Origin: Methanotrichaceae archaeon
Lineage (GTDB): Archaea; Halobacteriota; Methanosarcinia; Methanotrichales; Methanotrichaceae
Reading direction: 5' to 3'
NCBI GenBank assembly: GCA_963748825.1
Contig: CAVVKN010000011.1
Span: 1-58,341 of the forward strand
Length of the DNA: 58,341 nucleotides
Under the pieces are notes generated by a model. It made no database searches and was not told the DNA's origin. It was given only the letters and a program-made list of their open reading frames with translations. The position numbers and the translations under genes are program-made. How positions within the stretch are numbered: the first letter of the stretch is position 1; each line of letters starts with the position of its first letter. Below are positions 18,704 to 30,022 of this stretch, in pieces.

Positions 18704-21573
18704 TTAATCGGACTTGACCAGCTTCTCCAGAGCATCTTTTAGCTCCTCCATCTTCACCGGCTTGCTGATGTATTCATCCATTCCGGCGGCTAGGCATTGC
18801 TCTCGATCTCCCTGCAATGAATAGGCGGTCATGGCGATTATCTTGGGCTGCTTTGCAGCAGGCAGGCTACTGCGAATGAATTTTGTAGCATCGAGTCCAT
18901 CCATTTCCGGCATCTGGATGTCCATGAGGATCAAATCATAGGATTTTTGCTCTAAGCTATTCAGCACTTCCTTGCCGTTGACGGCCACATCGGCCTTATA
19001 CCCCAGATGCTTGAGCATGGCCAATGCCACTTTTTGGTTGACAGGATTGTCCTCTGCCAGAAGAATGCGATAATTTAGGTATCCTGTGGGGCGCAAAGCA
19101 TTTTCTCTTTCTGGTTTTAACGGTTTTTTCCTTATCCCCAAAAATGCGCAGCAATGCACTGCCAAGCTGAGCTTCTCTGACCGGCTTGGTTAAAAATGCC
19201 TTGATTTTTGCCTCCATGGTTCTGGCCTTCTCTCCCAAGAAGGCAACCTCTATCACGGGCAATGATTGTAGATCCGGTCTGTTTAATCTCTCCGCCAGAA
19301 TGGGCCATTCCGGGATATCGGCATCAGCTATAATTACATCGTACCTGTCCCGGTCCAGCAGCATGATTGCTTCTAAGACTGAGCCTGCTTTTGCAGAGGC
19401 TATGGCAAAAGAGCGAAGATGATTGGCAAGCATCTCGCTGCTGGCCTCTTTTCCTACTGCGATCAGCGCCTTCTTGCCTCTTAATATGGAATAGGCCTCA
19501 GCATCTCGGTTTATGCCAGTGACCGCAGTATTTTTTTCAGGTAAATTCGCATCATTTGCGGGTCTTGCCGGAATGATGAAATGAAATTGGGAGCCCAACT
19601 CCTGTTTTGCTCTCTGCCCAGATTCGACCGCCCATCAGCTCGACCAATCTGCCGCTGATGGCCAAACCCAGACCAGTCCCTTCGTACTTGCGTGTCAATG
19701 ATGTATCTACCTGGCTGAAGGGGAGAAAGAGCCGAGACATGCGATCCTCTGGGATGCCTATCCCCGTATCGCTGACCATGAAATGTAATGCTGTTTCTTT
19801 TTTTTCGATGGAAACAAAGATTGTGACCTCTCCCGATTCAGTGAATTTGACGGCATTGCTGAGCAGGTTTACAAGAATTTGCCCCAGCCGCTTGGCATCG
19901 CCCACCATTTTCCGGGGCACATCGCTTGCCATAACATAAGCCAGCTCCAGGCGCTTCTCAGAAGCCCGAGCTGCTACCTGATCCAGGGCGCTCTCCAGTA
20001 CATCCTGCAAATCCAATGGCAGGTTAGCTATTTCCATCTTCCTGGCATCGATCTTGGAGAAGTCCAGTATCTCGTTAATAATGCAAAGCAGGGATTGGCC
20101 GCTGCTGCGAATGGTCTTCACATAATCTCTCTTTACCGGATCAAGATCGCTCTCCAAGAGCAGGTCCGTCATGCCAATGACGGCATTAAGGGGCGTTCTG
20201 ATCTCGTGGCTCACATTGGCGGTAAACTCGGCCTTCGCTCTTGCCGAAGCCTCTGCAGCATCTCTAGACAGGACGAGCTCCTCCTCCATCTTCTTCTGCT
20301 CGGTGATGTCAATGCAAACGCCAAGAGCTGCATAAATCTCACCCGATTCATCCAGCAGAGGATATACGGAGAACATAGCCGGAAATTTCTCCTGGGAACG
20401 TCTCACTAAGGTTATGAATCCTGAAAGTGTAGTTTCTTCCTTCATGCGGCGAGCCGCTTCAACCAATTTATCATGGTCCTCGGGAAGAAGCAGCAATGAA
20501 ACCGGCTTTCCTAAAATTTCCTCGCGCCGGTAGCCGAAGGTCTTCTCCGCTCCCGGGGAAAATTCAAGGATGAGGGGCTCCTGATTCCGGGCATCAGCAA
20601 TGATAAACGATACATTCTTAGCCGCTTCAAATATGGCTCTTAAATATAGCTCCCTCTCCTGCAGAGCTTTTTCGGCCCTCTTCCGCTCAGTCAGCTCTTT
20701 ATTCAGATCGGTTGTTTTCTCTATTACCATCTGGTTCAAGAAGTCCTGTCTGCTGGCAGCCAGGTAAAACAGGCTGATTAGAAGTCCAATAATTATCAGG
20801 CCTGCCATTTGGGCGATTCTCAGCGGCACTTGCACTGAATTGATCCATCCTCCCGCAGGCGCTCCTGCCAGCTCCCAGTAGCTTTCAGGCAGCTCTACTT
20901 TGAAGATCACCGGTTCGGATTGGAATACTTTGCTTTCGCCAAAAAATACCTGACCGCTGCTATCTCTTAATGCCATATTCACGCCGCTGGAGGTATGGTT
21001 AAATCCCGCTGATTCTAGGATCGGTGGGATGTCGAGGGTCATAGAAATGATTCCCCAGAATGTCTCATTCTCATAAACGGCTTTCCTGGCTACCATTCCC
21101 AGGCCGCCTCTCCTCATCTCATGAGGAGAGGTGATAACCAGGCGATGAGTGTCAATGGCTTTTTGCACATCCGCCCTAAAGCCGGGGGAAAGATCCTGGA
21201 AAAGGCTTCGACCGATCATGCCTTCCTGATCTTTGGCCGGATAGACATACCCAAAGACACCATTTGGCGCCATGGCAAGATTGCGAATGCCGTTGGTGCT
21301 GGAATAGATATGAGACGAGAAGATCTCGAACTTATAATCTATTGCAGATTTTGGTGAACCTATCTCAGCCTGGACAAAAGCATCCAGGCCTTCCAGTAAT
21401 TCCAGGCGCTGAGAAATAGCCATGGCTAGAGAATTACCGTGCGGATCGAGCTGGCCGGCAACCCGCGCCCGCTCATCCGTTATAAGCTGGGCCTGATACC
21501 AAAGGCTTGCCTGCCACCAAATCAGCAACAGAGCAATAGCAAGCAGAGCTGTCTGGAGCTGGGTCTTTCTCAT
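18704..21573 (-). pseudogene. Hybrid sensor histidine kinase (CHASE-PAS-HisKA-HATPase-REC-REC) split into three ORFs by two frameshifts
   Basis: ORFs 19552-21573, 18996-19598, 18704-19165; SHEIRTPLN, NLLSNAVKFT, GTGLGL, ILLAEDNPVNQ; breaks at a G-run (~19590) and an A-run (~19125). Confidence 0.85.
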
Positions 21574-21730
21574 TCGCCCCCCTTTTCATCGGCAGAAGTT
21601 CTATTTTCATCCCTATATGAATCAAAGCATAAATGCTTTCGGCAGCTAATAGATTGCAGCGCTTGAAACCCTCCGCTTTTGCCTAAGGTCGGATAAACTA
21701 TTTCCGCTAAAAGGCCAAGGCAAAGAGTTA

Positions 21731-22231
21731 ATGTGGCCTGAGGAACAGACTCGCGGTCGGCTAATGGATGGAATGGATACCGCGATCTTCAAAGATCCCG
21801 TAGTGGTAAGGAGATTTCAGCCGGACGATCTGGAGGCGGCTTTAGAGATTGACCGGGAGGTCTTCGGCGGATATGATCCGGCCATCTTCACGGCCTTCTA
21901 TGAATACCATGGAGGCAGCACTCTTGTCGCAGAGGTTGGTGGAATTGTGGCCGGCTTCGTCTTGGGATTCAAGCATACTCCCTTCGAGGGCAGAGTCTTC
22001 TGGCTGGCGGTAAGACCGGGCTTTCAGAGCCGCAGCATAGGCATGAGGCTCATGCTGGAGGTTTTACAGACCTTCCGGCAGATGGGAGCTCTCAGCGCCA
22101 CCCTGGAGGTGAGAGTGAGCAATAAAAAGGCCCAGTCGCTCTATTCCATGCTGGGCTTTCGTATGATCGGCATCTGTCCTGCTTACTATAGCGATGGTGA
22201 GGCGGCCATCATCATGAAAATGCGGCTGTGA
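21731..22231 (+). CDS. rimI: RimI-like GNAT N-acetyltransferase
   Basis: LAVRPGFQSRSIG, LEVRVSNKKAQSLY, YYSDGEAAIIM. Confidence 0.85.
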   Translation: MWPEEQTRGRLMDGMDTAIFKDPVVVRRFQPDDLEAALEIDREVFGGYDPAIFTAFYEYHGGSTLVAEVGGIVAGFVLGFKHTPFEGRVFWLAVRPGFQSRSIGMRLMLEVLQTFRQMGALSATLEVRVSNKKAQSLYSMLGFRMIGICPAYYSDGEAAIIMKMRL

Positions 22232-22259
22232 ACTACCGCGTCCTGAAGGTTGGGGACTT
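22228..22259. mobile_element. Possible isolated IS200/IS605-type end remnant
   Basis: GTGAACTACCGCGTCCTGAAGGTTGGGGACTT resembles subterminal hairpin ends of this family; no transposase. Confidence 0.3.
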
Positions 22260-22274
22260 AAGATTTTTTAGCAG

Positions 22275-23309
22275 TTATTTGTACCAGTCCAGGCTTTCGT
22301 CCACGAATCTTATGAACGATATGAAGAAGTCCTTTGCATCCTGATTCATACCTGTCCTGGAGATCATTTCTTCTGCCTGACCGGCATGCTCTCTTGAGAT
22401 CGACTTGGCCTTATCAAGAGCGCCGCAGTCTCTTATCAGGCTCTGCACATATTTGATTTCAGAACCTTCAAGGCATCTCCCTTCCTGCATGATTGCGGCC
22501 AGGCGTTTTTCCTTCTGCAATGCCAGGATGACATGCAGCGGCTTCTTCCTCTTGCCGATGTCCCCACAGGGAACTCTGCCATACTGCTCCTCTGTAGCAA
22601 AGGTATCGATGATATCATCCTGAATATCGAAAGCAAATCCTATGTGCCTGGCGACATTCAGAAGCAGCTCTTGATCCTTTTCGGGAGCAGATGCGAGAAT
22701 TGCACCGACGAGCATTGATGCCTTGAAGAGCGAGGCTGCTCTTCTGCCGGCCATGACCTCCCACTCCCTGACATCCGGGTCCTTGTACTCGAAGAGCATG
22801 TCCAGGATCTGGCTCTCGTTGACAGCCCGAAACTCTGAGGCCAGCAGTTTTGCTGCCTTCACGATCTTATCTTGCTCAAAGCCGGACTGCAAAAGGCACA
22901 GGTTGGCCTGGGCATAAAGGATATTTCCGGCAAACATGGCCGAGCCGGAGCCGAAGCGCTCATCAAATCCCTTGGCAATCATTTTGTGCAGCGTGTCCCC
23001 GCCTCTTCTTTTGTCTTCTGCATCCACTATATCGTCGTGTATGAGGATGCTGTGCCTGTATAGCTCAATGCCGGAACATACCCTGATGATTCGGTCGTCA
23101 ACTTGACCGGTAAAGCCCTGGTAGACTATGAGAGTGCTACACGCAGACAGCCTTCTTCCACCCCTCAGCACAAATTCCCGGGTAGCATCATAAACATCTC
23201 CCAGGAAGGGATGGTACTTCTGGCCATCTTTTACCATCTCATCCATTCGGCTCTTGAGGTCTTCCTCTATGATTGCCCCATAGCTATCGAGCACATCTGC
23301 GTAGTCCAT
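22275..23309 (-). CDS. Polyprenyl synthetase (GGPP synthase, IdsA-like)
   Basis: GGRR, LIHDDIVD..RRG, FDIQDDIID motifs. Confidence 0.93.
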   Translation of the reverse strand: MDYADVLDSYGAIIEEDLKSRMDEMVKDGQKYHPFLGDVYDATREFVLRGGRRLSACSTLIVYQGFTGQVDDRIIRVCSGIELYRHSILIHDDIVDAEDKRRGGDTLHKMIAKGFDERFGSGSAMFAGNILYAQANLCLLQSGFEQDKIVKAAKLLASEFRAVNESQILDMLFEYKDPDVREWEVMAGRRAASLFKASMLVGAILASAPEKDQELLLNVARHIGFAFDIQDDIIDTFATEEQYGRVPCGDIGKRKKPLHVILALQKEKRLAAIMQEGRCLEGSEIKYVQSLIRDCGALDKAKSISREHAGQAEEMISRTGMNQDAKDFFISFIRFVDESLDWYK

Positions 23310-23321
23310 TGAGCTTTTCTC

Positions 23322-24509
23322 CTATAACTTATCAATTAGGTTTAAGATACCCAGATTCCAGAGCAATTTCGGATTCTGCTTGAACAGAAACCTTAGCAGG
23401 TCTCGCATATTCATCCTGGAGACATCCTTCCCATGCAGCCCTCCTGCCAGATGGTTCAGATCATCATCCGTAAGCTTCAGGAAGAAATTTTTAGCATGAT
23501 AGCGTTTCTCTATATGCTTGCCGATAGATGATCTCCACCTATCCTCATATTCTTTTAGGGCGGCTATACTTGCATCCCCAGAAGATACTGCCTTGCCTGC
23601 AGTCTCCCCTGCCATTACTCCCGCCCTCATGGCATTTATGATCCCGCCTCCTGTGAGTGGATCAGATTGATGGGCTGCATCTCCAACCAGCATTATGCCG
23701 TCTGATGTTGTATTATTCATTGGGCCGGAGGTGGGGATTCCTCCTGCCACTATTTGCAAAATCTTTGCCTGGGGCATCCTTCTCCGCAAAAATCTATCCA
23801 GCAGCCTTATGGGCTCGCCCGGGCCGGATTGGGAGCCCTGTATGCCGATGCCCACGTTGGCAAGTCTGTCTCCTTTGGGAAAGATCCATACGTAGCCTCC
23901 CGGAGCCATTCTGTTTCCGAAAAAGAACTCACAATATTCCTGGTCAATGCAGTCGTCCAAAACTTGATACTGCGCACAAACCATTATGTCCTCCGGTTTT
24001 AGCCTGGTATCTATTCCCGCCCACCTGGCTACCTTGGACTCGACACCGTCCGCGCCTATGATCAGAGGTGCCTCGATCTGGAGGGGCTCGCCCTGGCAGA
24101 TGGCAGATACTGTGCATAGACCATCCTTCCGGATCAATCCGATTGCTCTTGTCTTGACCAGGACCTTTGCTCCAGCGCGGGCAGCCTGGAGGGCAAGGCC
24201 GCGATCAAAGATTTTTCTCTCCAGGATGTATCCACCCTCTTTTCCGCCATTATCCATGGTCATGAAAACATTATCGTTATTAGGAGAATGCAGCTTTACC
24301 CCATTTACCTCAGTTGATATCCAGTCGGGCTGCACGGTGATCAATTCACTAAGTTCCGATCTGATGCTCACTCCCTCTGCGCATCTGATAGGCTCTCCTA
24401 TCTCCTGCCTCTTTTCTAAAAGTACAACATTCAGGCCCAATTCTGCCGCGGTCTTGGCAGCCATAGACCCTCCTGGGCCCGCTCCTATTACAACTACATC
24501 GCACTTCAT
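23322..24509 (-). CDS. Digeranylgeranylglycerophospholipid reductase (geranylgeranyl reductase family)
   Basis: GAGPGG, RCAEG, GADG, PGGYVWIFPKG, VGDAA..PLTGGGI. Confidence 0.92.
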   Translation of the reverse strand: MKCDVVVIGAGPGGSMAAKTAAELGLNVVLLEKRQEIGEPIRCAEGVSIRSELSELITVQPDWISTEVNGVKLHSPNNDNVFMTMDNGGKEGGYILERKIFDRGLALQAARAGAKVLVKTRAIGLIRKDGLCTVSAICQGEPLQIEAPLIIGADGVESKVARWAGIDTRLKPEDIMVCAQYQVLDDCIDQEYCEFFFGNRMAPGGYVWIFPKGDRLANVGIGIQGSQSGPGEPIRLLDRFLRRRMPQAKILQIVAGGIPTSGPMNNTTSDGIMLVGDAAHQSDPLTGGGIINAMRAGVMAGETAGKAVSSGDASIAALKEYEDRWRSSIGKHIEKRYHAKNFFLKLTDDDLNHLAGGLHGKDVSRMNMRDLLRFLFKQNPKLLWNLGILNLIDKL

Positions 24510-24979
24510 TCTATCTGCATCATCTTGGCTAGTGCCTTCTCCAGCTTCTTTTGCGTCTTTGCATTCGGATTGAGCAGCTGATCCAGATCCCTTTCAATCC
24601 TTTTGTAACTCTCCAATGAGGCGGGGCAATCCTCGTAGATCTCCACGCCCTGAAGTCCAATTTGGCTGGGGCTGAGAAATGGACTGCATCTGCATACCAT
24701 TGGTCTCGCCTGATATATCTTGCATCCCTTCTCTGCAGCATCATAAAATCGGCATGGCGCTGTTGCCTTAAAGGCCCGCAGGTCGGACTCGCTGGGGTGA
24801 GGGATGGTGTATTCTTCGATCACCTCTTCCTCGGAAATATTAAAAAAGCTCGCCAATCTGCGAATATCTTTGGGATAAATATCAATGGGATCGGCTACCT
24901 GGCAGCAATGACCGCAACGCTGGCATTGGAAATCCATTTGGATCTGGATGCGTAGATAATCATAGGGATCTAATGGCAT
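24506..24979 (-). CDS. YkgJ-family cysteine cluster protein
   Basis: FQCQRCGHCC, PCRF, CKIYQARPMVCR. Confidence 0.88.
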   Translation of the reverse strand: MPLDPYDYLRIQIQMDFQCQRCGHCCQVADPIDIYPKDIRRLASFFNISEEEVIEEYTIPHPSESDLRAFKATAPCRFYDAAEKGCKIYQARPMVCRCSPFLSPSQIGLQGVEIYEDCPASLESYKRIERDLDQLLNPNAKTQKKLEKALAKMMQIE

Positions 24980-24985
24980 GGGTTT

Positions 24986-25420
24986 TCAGAACTTTATCCT
25001 GGGAATCTCCGCTTCCCTCATATTCTCGGCCATGCTCCAGAACCACGCCTCGCCTTTGGGAATGCGAAATATCGCCAGCACCGGGTCACTGGGGCTCTTC
25101 ATCAAAGCTTTGAGAAAAGGCCTCTCTTCCAGGAGCCGGGCCCGAAGCTTGGCATTGTCCAGAAACTCCACTTCTCCAGTCAAACGCATCATATTCTTGG
25201 CCATCATTTCGCCGCCAGCATGGTAGAAGCAAATCTCCACATTGGGATTGTTCTTGAGCTGCTTGTAGACGCTCTTTGCCGTTCCAGTATGGTAGTAAAA
25301 GCCGCTTTCATCGGCAAACCACATCAGAAAGGCCCTTACCCTGGGCATTTCCCCTTCCATTGTGGCTATGAAGCTGACCGGGTTATCATTGGCAAATTTT
25401 ATGCAATCCTTAAAATCCAT
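24986..25420 (-). CDS. Pyridoxamine 5'-phosphate oxidase-like FMN-binding protein
   Basis: ATMEGEMPRVR, KSVYKQLKNNPNVEICF. Confidence 0.88.
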   Translation of the reverse strand: MDFKDCIKFANDNPVSFIATMEGEMPRVRAFLMWFADESGFYYHTGTAKSVYKQLKNNPNVEICFYHAGGEMMAKNMMRLTGEVEFLDNAKLRARLLEERPFLKALMKSPSDPVLAIFRIPKGEAWFWSMAENMREAEIPRIKF

Positions 25421-25522
25421 TGCAGACCCCTTTCCGGTCTTGTATGCTGTTATTATTTAGATCTTTCTGCATTTGCATCAATCGAAAAGACTTATTATGT
25501 AATAGTAATAATATTGCGTCTA

Positions 25523-26074
25523 ATGCTTAATATAACCAATCTAAGCGACAGGCAGCTTTATGTGGAGAGCGATCGCTGGCAGTGCCGCTTCGGCTATGGA
25601 GAGCCGGTGAGGCTGGGCCTGGTCCTGGAAGCTGTGGACCTATCTCTAAGTGACGAGGAGGGCTTCTCTTACGTCATCGATGCCGGACTCATTCCCCAGC
25701 TCGATTTTCTGGACGAGGAAATTTTGGAGGATGCAAGATCAGAGGGTCTGGGGACGCGAGAGGAACTTTTGAGCTATGCCTACGAATGCTATGGCAGCGT
25801 GCCCGTGAACATCGATGCCGTGCAGCCTCCCAAAGCCTCCTGCGGCATGTCCAGCTTCGTAGCCGAGAGCAGTATAAGCACTATAATTTCCGGAACAGGT
25901 GAGGAGATGGAGACCCGCCACTTCCAGGATCTAGAGGAGGCCATTTCCTTCGCTCGCGACTTTTATGCGGTTTATGCTCCCGTCATCTTCGGCTTCATCG
26001 ATGTGGTGCTGGATCACCCTCTCCGGGTGGGGGGAACTGGCTGGGACAAGATCAGGCAGATGGCCAAAAAATAA
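25523..26074 (+). CDS. Hypothetical acidic protein
   Basis: Likely start MLNITNLSDR; genome-typical codon usage. Confidence 0.7.
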   Translation: MLNITNLSDRQLYVESDRWQCRFGYGEPVRLGLVLEAVDLSLSDEEGFSYVIDAGLIPQLDFLDEEILEDARSEGLGTREELLSYAYECYGSVPVNIDAVQPPKASCGMSSFVAESSISTIISGTGEEMETRHFQDLEEAISFARDFYAVYAPVIFGFIDVVLDHPLRVGGTGWDKIRQMAKK

Positions 26075-26144
26075 TCAGGCTCTCGCTGCTCCAGAATCTT
26101 TACCACAGCCTTAATAAGTTAAATGTATTTCCGGGAACTTCTGA

Positions 26145-26504
26145 TTGAGAGGAATTGATATGTCATACTATCATATGATGGACTGGTTCCCATTCATGGG
26201 ATTTGGAACCGTCTTTTCCTGGTTTATCTCGTTAGCTGTAGCCTACCTGGTCTACAAGGATGCTGAGAAAAGAAACATGAATGGGCTTCTATGGGGTTTG
26301 CCGATCTTGATACCCTGGATAGGCATACTGTTTCTGATAATGTATCTGATCTTGCGCGATTCGGGACGCCGCATTGCTGCCGAGAGCAGCGCGCCGGTAA
26401 AAACCATGGCCGAAGAGGTTTTGGACGAGAGATATGCTAGAGGAGAGTTGACCCGAGAGATCTACCTGCAGATGAAGGAAGACCTTAGAAAGCCCGCTAA
26501 CTGA
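26145..26504 (+). CDS. SHOCT-domain membrane protein
   Basis: YKDAEKRNMNGLLW TM pair; LDERYARGELTRE SHOCT motif. Confidence 0.8.
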   Translation: MRGIDMSYYHMMDWFPFMGFGTVFSWFISLAVAYLVYKDAEKRNMNGLLWGLPILIPWIGILFLIMYLILRDSGRRIAAESSAPVKTMAEEVLDERYARGELTREIYLQMKEDLRKPAN

Positions 26505-26580
26505 TTGCAGATAGAATGGAATGCTGCATGATAGCGGCCACTGCATAATTTTTCCTCAGGCAGTGCCAATTCCATCTCAT

Positions 26581-27000
26581 TTAAACGAAAAGAGCTTGTG
26601 CGTCTGCTACAGTTTGCAAACCAATAGCACCCAAATTGCGTTCAATGGCCGCACCAAGCTCATCTATCTTCATAGGCTTGTTGAGATAATCATCAGCCCC
26701 TGCATCATAGCAAAGATCGCGGCACATCTCCGCCTCAAATGAGGTGACAACTATTATCTTGGGGCCTTGCGACCACCGCTTGCGAATGATTTTTGTGGCT
26801 TCAATTCCATCCATTTCCGGCATTTGGATATCCATTAGCACCAGATCGTAATGATGCTCCTCCAGAGCCACCAGGACCTCTCTGCCGTTCCTGGCCGTAT
26901 CGGCCTCTAGCCCCAGCTTCTTGAGTACAATCAGAGCCATTTTCTGATTTACCGGATTGTCCTCGGCAAGAAGAATGTTCAAAGTCGGTCTGGCCAGCAT
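26581..27000 (-). CDS. Stand-alone response regulator receiver protein
   Basis: ILLAEDNPVNQ, LMDIQMPEMDG, YLNKP. Confidence 0.92.
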   Translation of the reverse strand: MLARPTLNILLAEDNPVNQKMALIVLKKLGLEADTARNGREVLVALEEHHYDLVLMDIQMPEMDGIEATKIIRKRWSQGPKIIVVTSFEAEMCRDLCYDAGADDYLNKPMKIDELGAAIERNLGAIGLQTVADAQALFV

Positions 27001-27324
27001 AGTCCTCGATCAGTAGGTTAGAGCTTTTAGTATAAGAATTTTTCTTTAGTAATTAATTTTAAGGCAGAGTTCCCAAATTGTTTAAATGATTACTATGAGT
27101 TTATTTGCAAAGATTTATAATTCTATATTACAATATGGCAATTCATAACTCAAAATTAATTTAAATAATAGAATTATTAATTGCCTAACATTCAATTGAG
27201 GTTATTATTCATAAAAATGCAAAGGGATTTCTGCTATCCGGTTAGATTTTTTTGCGCAATAATTTTCTATACTTGTGCGTGATAATGAATCTTAATTTGC
27301 AGGAATCTCAGGAGGAGCTAGGAA

Positions 27325-28057
27325 TTGAGTGCAAGCCCAATTTTATTGCTGGTTTTATGCTATGTTCTGGTTTTACCCTTGGCAGCATCTGCCGAGCAAG
27401 AGATGTTGACAATAGGAAAATATAGGAGAACGACACATATCAGGTGATCATCAACGACTCCGGCCACCATGCGGTGATCTATCTCTCCGAGTCGCGGACT
27501 ATCGGCTTTGCGGAGACAATAAGTATGGTTGATGATCTCTTTAGTGCGGCGAATATCACCAACCCGGACCACTACATAAGATCCATCGACGGTCAAAGAG
27601 CGATTCTGGGCGTGGCAGCAACTTCGAGAACGATCGTCTTCTTTTTACAGCCGCTTTTCCCATGTACTTCGGGGCAGAGGGCACAGGCCTTTATGTGCTG
27701 GTTGGATCGGACTTCCCCTGGGAGAACACAACCAGGATGCTGCTTGACACCCTGAAAGTTGATCTCAATCGCACGTCGCCTGTCGCGATACAAACCCCGA
27801 AGATGGGCATGAGCGTTGGCGGCAGCGAGTACGGCCTGCCTCTTTCCCGGGTGGATGGCCAGGGAGCAGAACCATCGGGCTATTCGCCCTCGGATCTGAT
27901 CTATGATGGCTACATTACCTTCTCGAACAACAGTGGCCAGTCCATAAAGGATGCCGTCGTAATCGATTACGCCCTGGGGGAGGAGGACGGCGAGGCCGCG
28001 GAGTTCTACGATCTGGAAGAAAAATTCGGTCAGCGTGATGTGGATAGAACTGGCTGA
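27325..28057 (+). pseudogene. Secreted hypothetical protein broken by two frameshifts
   Basis: AGGAGG RBS, TTG start, signal peptide (ILLLVLCYVLVLPLAASAEQ) stopping at ~27446; continues in ORFs 27444-27755 and 27662-28057. Confidence 0.55.
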
Positions 28058-28152
28058 TAAAAACAGGACCACCGTCTACTTCGATATCACTGAATTCTTC
28101 GGCATATTTTAATGCAAACGTTTTTTGGCAAAGACGCTCCAGGATAGTTATC

Positions 28153-28641
28153 ATGAAAGGCATAAAAGAGAGAACCAGGCCAAAGAAGGGAACGGTTGAA
28201 GATCGTTTCTTTTTGACTCCCACCTTTCAGGTTCTGACCATCGGCGTTCCCTTTTGCATCTTCAAGCTGCTCTTCGGCCTGCTTGCCCTGCGCGCGGGTG
28301 TGCCGTATGCCTCTCTTTCTGCCTTGGGATGGCTGGTCATAGCTTGGGCCCTGGCAGATTTGCTCATGAACCTGGTACGAGTCATCTTTCACATCGCCGG
28401 CCGGGCGGCCCCCATCGAGTATTGCACCATCGCTCAGGCGGGAAGGCTCTTTAAGAGGCCCATGCTCTTTTTGGCCATCGACACTCTGGTCACCTTTTCC
28501 ATCATTTGTTTCGTTCTTTGGTCCGGCTGGATAGTGCGACTCAGCCTGCTGGAATCATATCTCTGGTATGCGGCTACCACATTGAATCTGATCAGCATCT
28601 CTGTTGTCAACATATGGATCGAACTATCCAGAGGACGGTGA
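28153..28641 (+). CDS. Hypothetical membrane protein (4 TM)
   Basis: 162 aa with hydrophobic helices. Confidence 0.75.
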   Translation: MKGIKERTRPKKGTVEDRFFLTPTFQVLTIGVPFCIFKLLFGLLALRAGVPYASLSALGWLVIAWALADLLMNLVRVIFHIAGRAAPIEYCTIAQAGRLFKRPMLFLAIDTLVTFSIICFVLWSGWIVRLSLLESYLWYAATTLNLISISVVNIWIELSRGR

Positions 28642-28711
28642 GTTTTTTGGCAATGAGAATGAGAAAACGATATATTTTTGAACCGCATATGTTAATGAAC
28701 TATTATGGAAG

Positions 28712-29320
28712 ATGGTGATAATGAATAAAGACCTCGAAAGCCTCCTCTCCGAATTGAAGGCCGTTCATGAAGATCTGCGACTGATACCTACTGAGATAAT
28801 AGTAGTTTCTGATTGGGTGCGGCTCAAGTGCAGGTATGGTTGTGACAATTATGGGAATCGTCTCGGTTGTCCGCCTTTCACCCCCACACCACCCGAGACC
28901 CGAGCTGTTCTCTCTGCATACAGAAATGCAGTCCTGGCCCGCTTTGAGGCCAAGCCTGATCCCAAGGTCGCGCCGAAACACGCCAGCCGGGCTCTCTCCA
29001 ACTCGGTGGTCAAGATGCAAAAGACCGTGGCCGAGCTGGAGAAGGCCGCTTTTTTGGCCGGCTACTATAAGGCATTCGGCATGAACGCCATGCCCTGCGC
29101 CCTCTGCGAGACATGCGTCATCGAGGAGATGCAAAAGAAGGACCAGGCGGTCTTCGATCTGGATAGCGTGAAATGCAAGAATAAGGATATCATGCGCCCC
29201 TCCATGGAGGCTTGCGGCATCGATGTCTTCAAAACCCTGCAAAACGCCGGCTATAAGCCGCAGGTTCTCAAGGACTGCAAGGAAATGGTGGAACTCTTTG
29301 GCCTGATACTGCTGGACTAA
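28712..29320 (+). CDS. DUF2284 metal-binding protein
   Basis: WVRLKCRYGC..YG..LGCPP, PCALCETC, RPSMEACGIDVFKT. Confidence 0.88.
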   Translation: MVIMNKDLESLLSELKAVHEDLRLIPTEIIVVSDWVRLKCRYGCDNYGNRLGCPPFTPTPPETRAVLSAYRNAVLARFEAKPDPKVAPKHASRALSNSVVKMQKTVAELEKAAFLAGYYKAFGMNAMPCALCETCVIEEMQKKDQAVFDLDSVKCKNKDIMRPSMEACGIDVFKTLQNAGYKPQVLKDCKEMVELFGLILLD

Positions 29321-29399
29321 AATTCTTAATCTTTTTTCCGGGGGTGCATATCAGCTAATAAGCTAAATGCTAATAAGCTAATATACCATCACATCCTCC

Positions 29400-29666
29400 G
29401 TGAGTTTGATGCATTGGGAATTGATCGGCTCAAGTGCAGCCGTTTTGACCATGTTCGGCTTCGTGCCCCAGATCCTCAAGATCTACAAAACGCAGTCTGT
29501 AGCAGATGTCAGCCTGGTTATGCTCCTGCAATTCTGCCTTGGTATGTTCCTCTGGCTGCTCTACGGCTTGCACATCCAGGATAACATTCTCATCGTAGCC
29601 AATACTGTATCTTTTCTTAGCTTGATAGTCGCCATAGGATTATTCTTAAAGTACAGGAAAAGATAG
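29400..29666 (+). CDS. SemiSWEET / PQ-loop transporter
   Basis: FVPQILKIYKTQSVADVS, LWLLYG, IVAN; 3 TM. Confidence 0.88.
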   Translation: MSLMHWELIGSSAAVLTMFGFVPQILKIYKTQSVADVSLVMLLQFCLGMFLWLLYGLHIQDNILIVANTVSFLSLIVAIGLFLKYRKR

Positions 29667-29667
29667 A

Positions 29668-29955
29668 TCAGCTCTTTTCCAGTTTTTCTCTGATCCGATG
29701 CTGCAGCCGTTCTAATGAGCCTTTGGTGCACTGGCGATTATCACAGGGAGAGAAATCCTTAGGGCTGCAGCCGGCCAAAAGCTCCATGACCCTGTCTGCC
29801 ACATCATAAACCTGTAAATCCTCCAGCCTTTGCAGAAAGAGTGAGGCCTGTGAGTTGAATTCCCGGCATTTTCCAGGATCGGAGACGCCACTCTCATGCA
29901 GCTCATAGAGCCGATTCAGCTCCTTTTGGACCTTCAGCCAATCATCTCTGTCCAT
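29668..29955 (-). CDS. Hypothetical protein
   Basis: Likely start MDRDDWLK; helical 95 aa. Confidence 0.6.
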   Translation of the reverse strand: MDRDDWLKVQKELNRLYELHESGVSDPGKCREFNSQASLFLQRLEDLQVYDVADRVMELLAGCSPKDFSPCDNRQCTKGSLERLQHRIREKLEKS

Positions 29956-30022
29956 TGTTGTTAAATCTGCTTTTTCCAGGCTTATAAAGCGATGCATCGG
30001 AAGAGAGAAAGAAGGTTATTAT

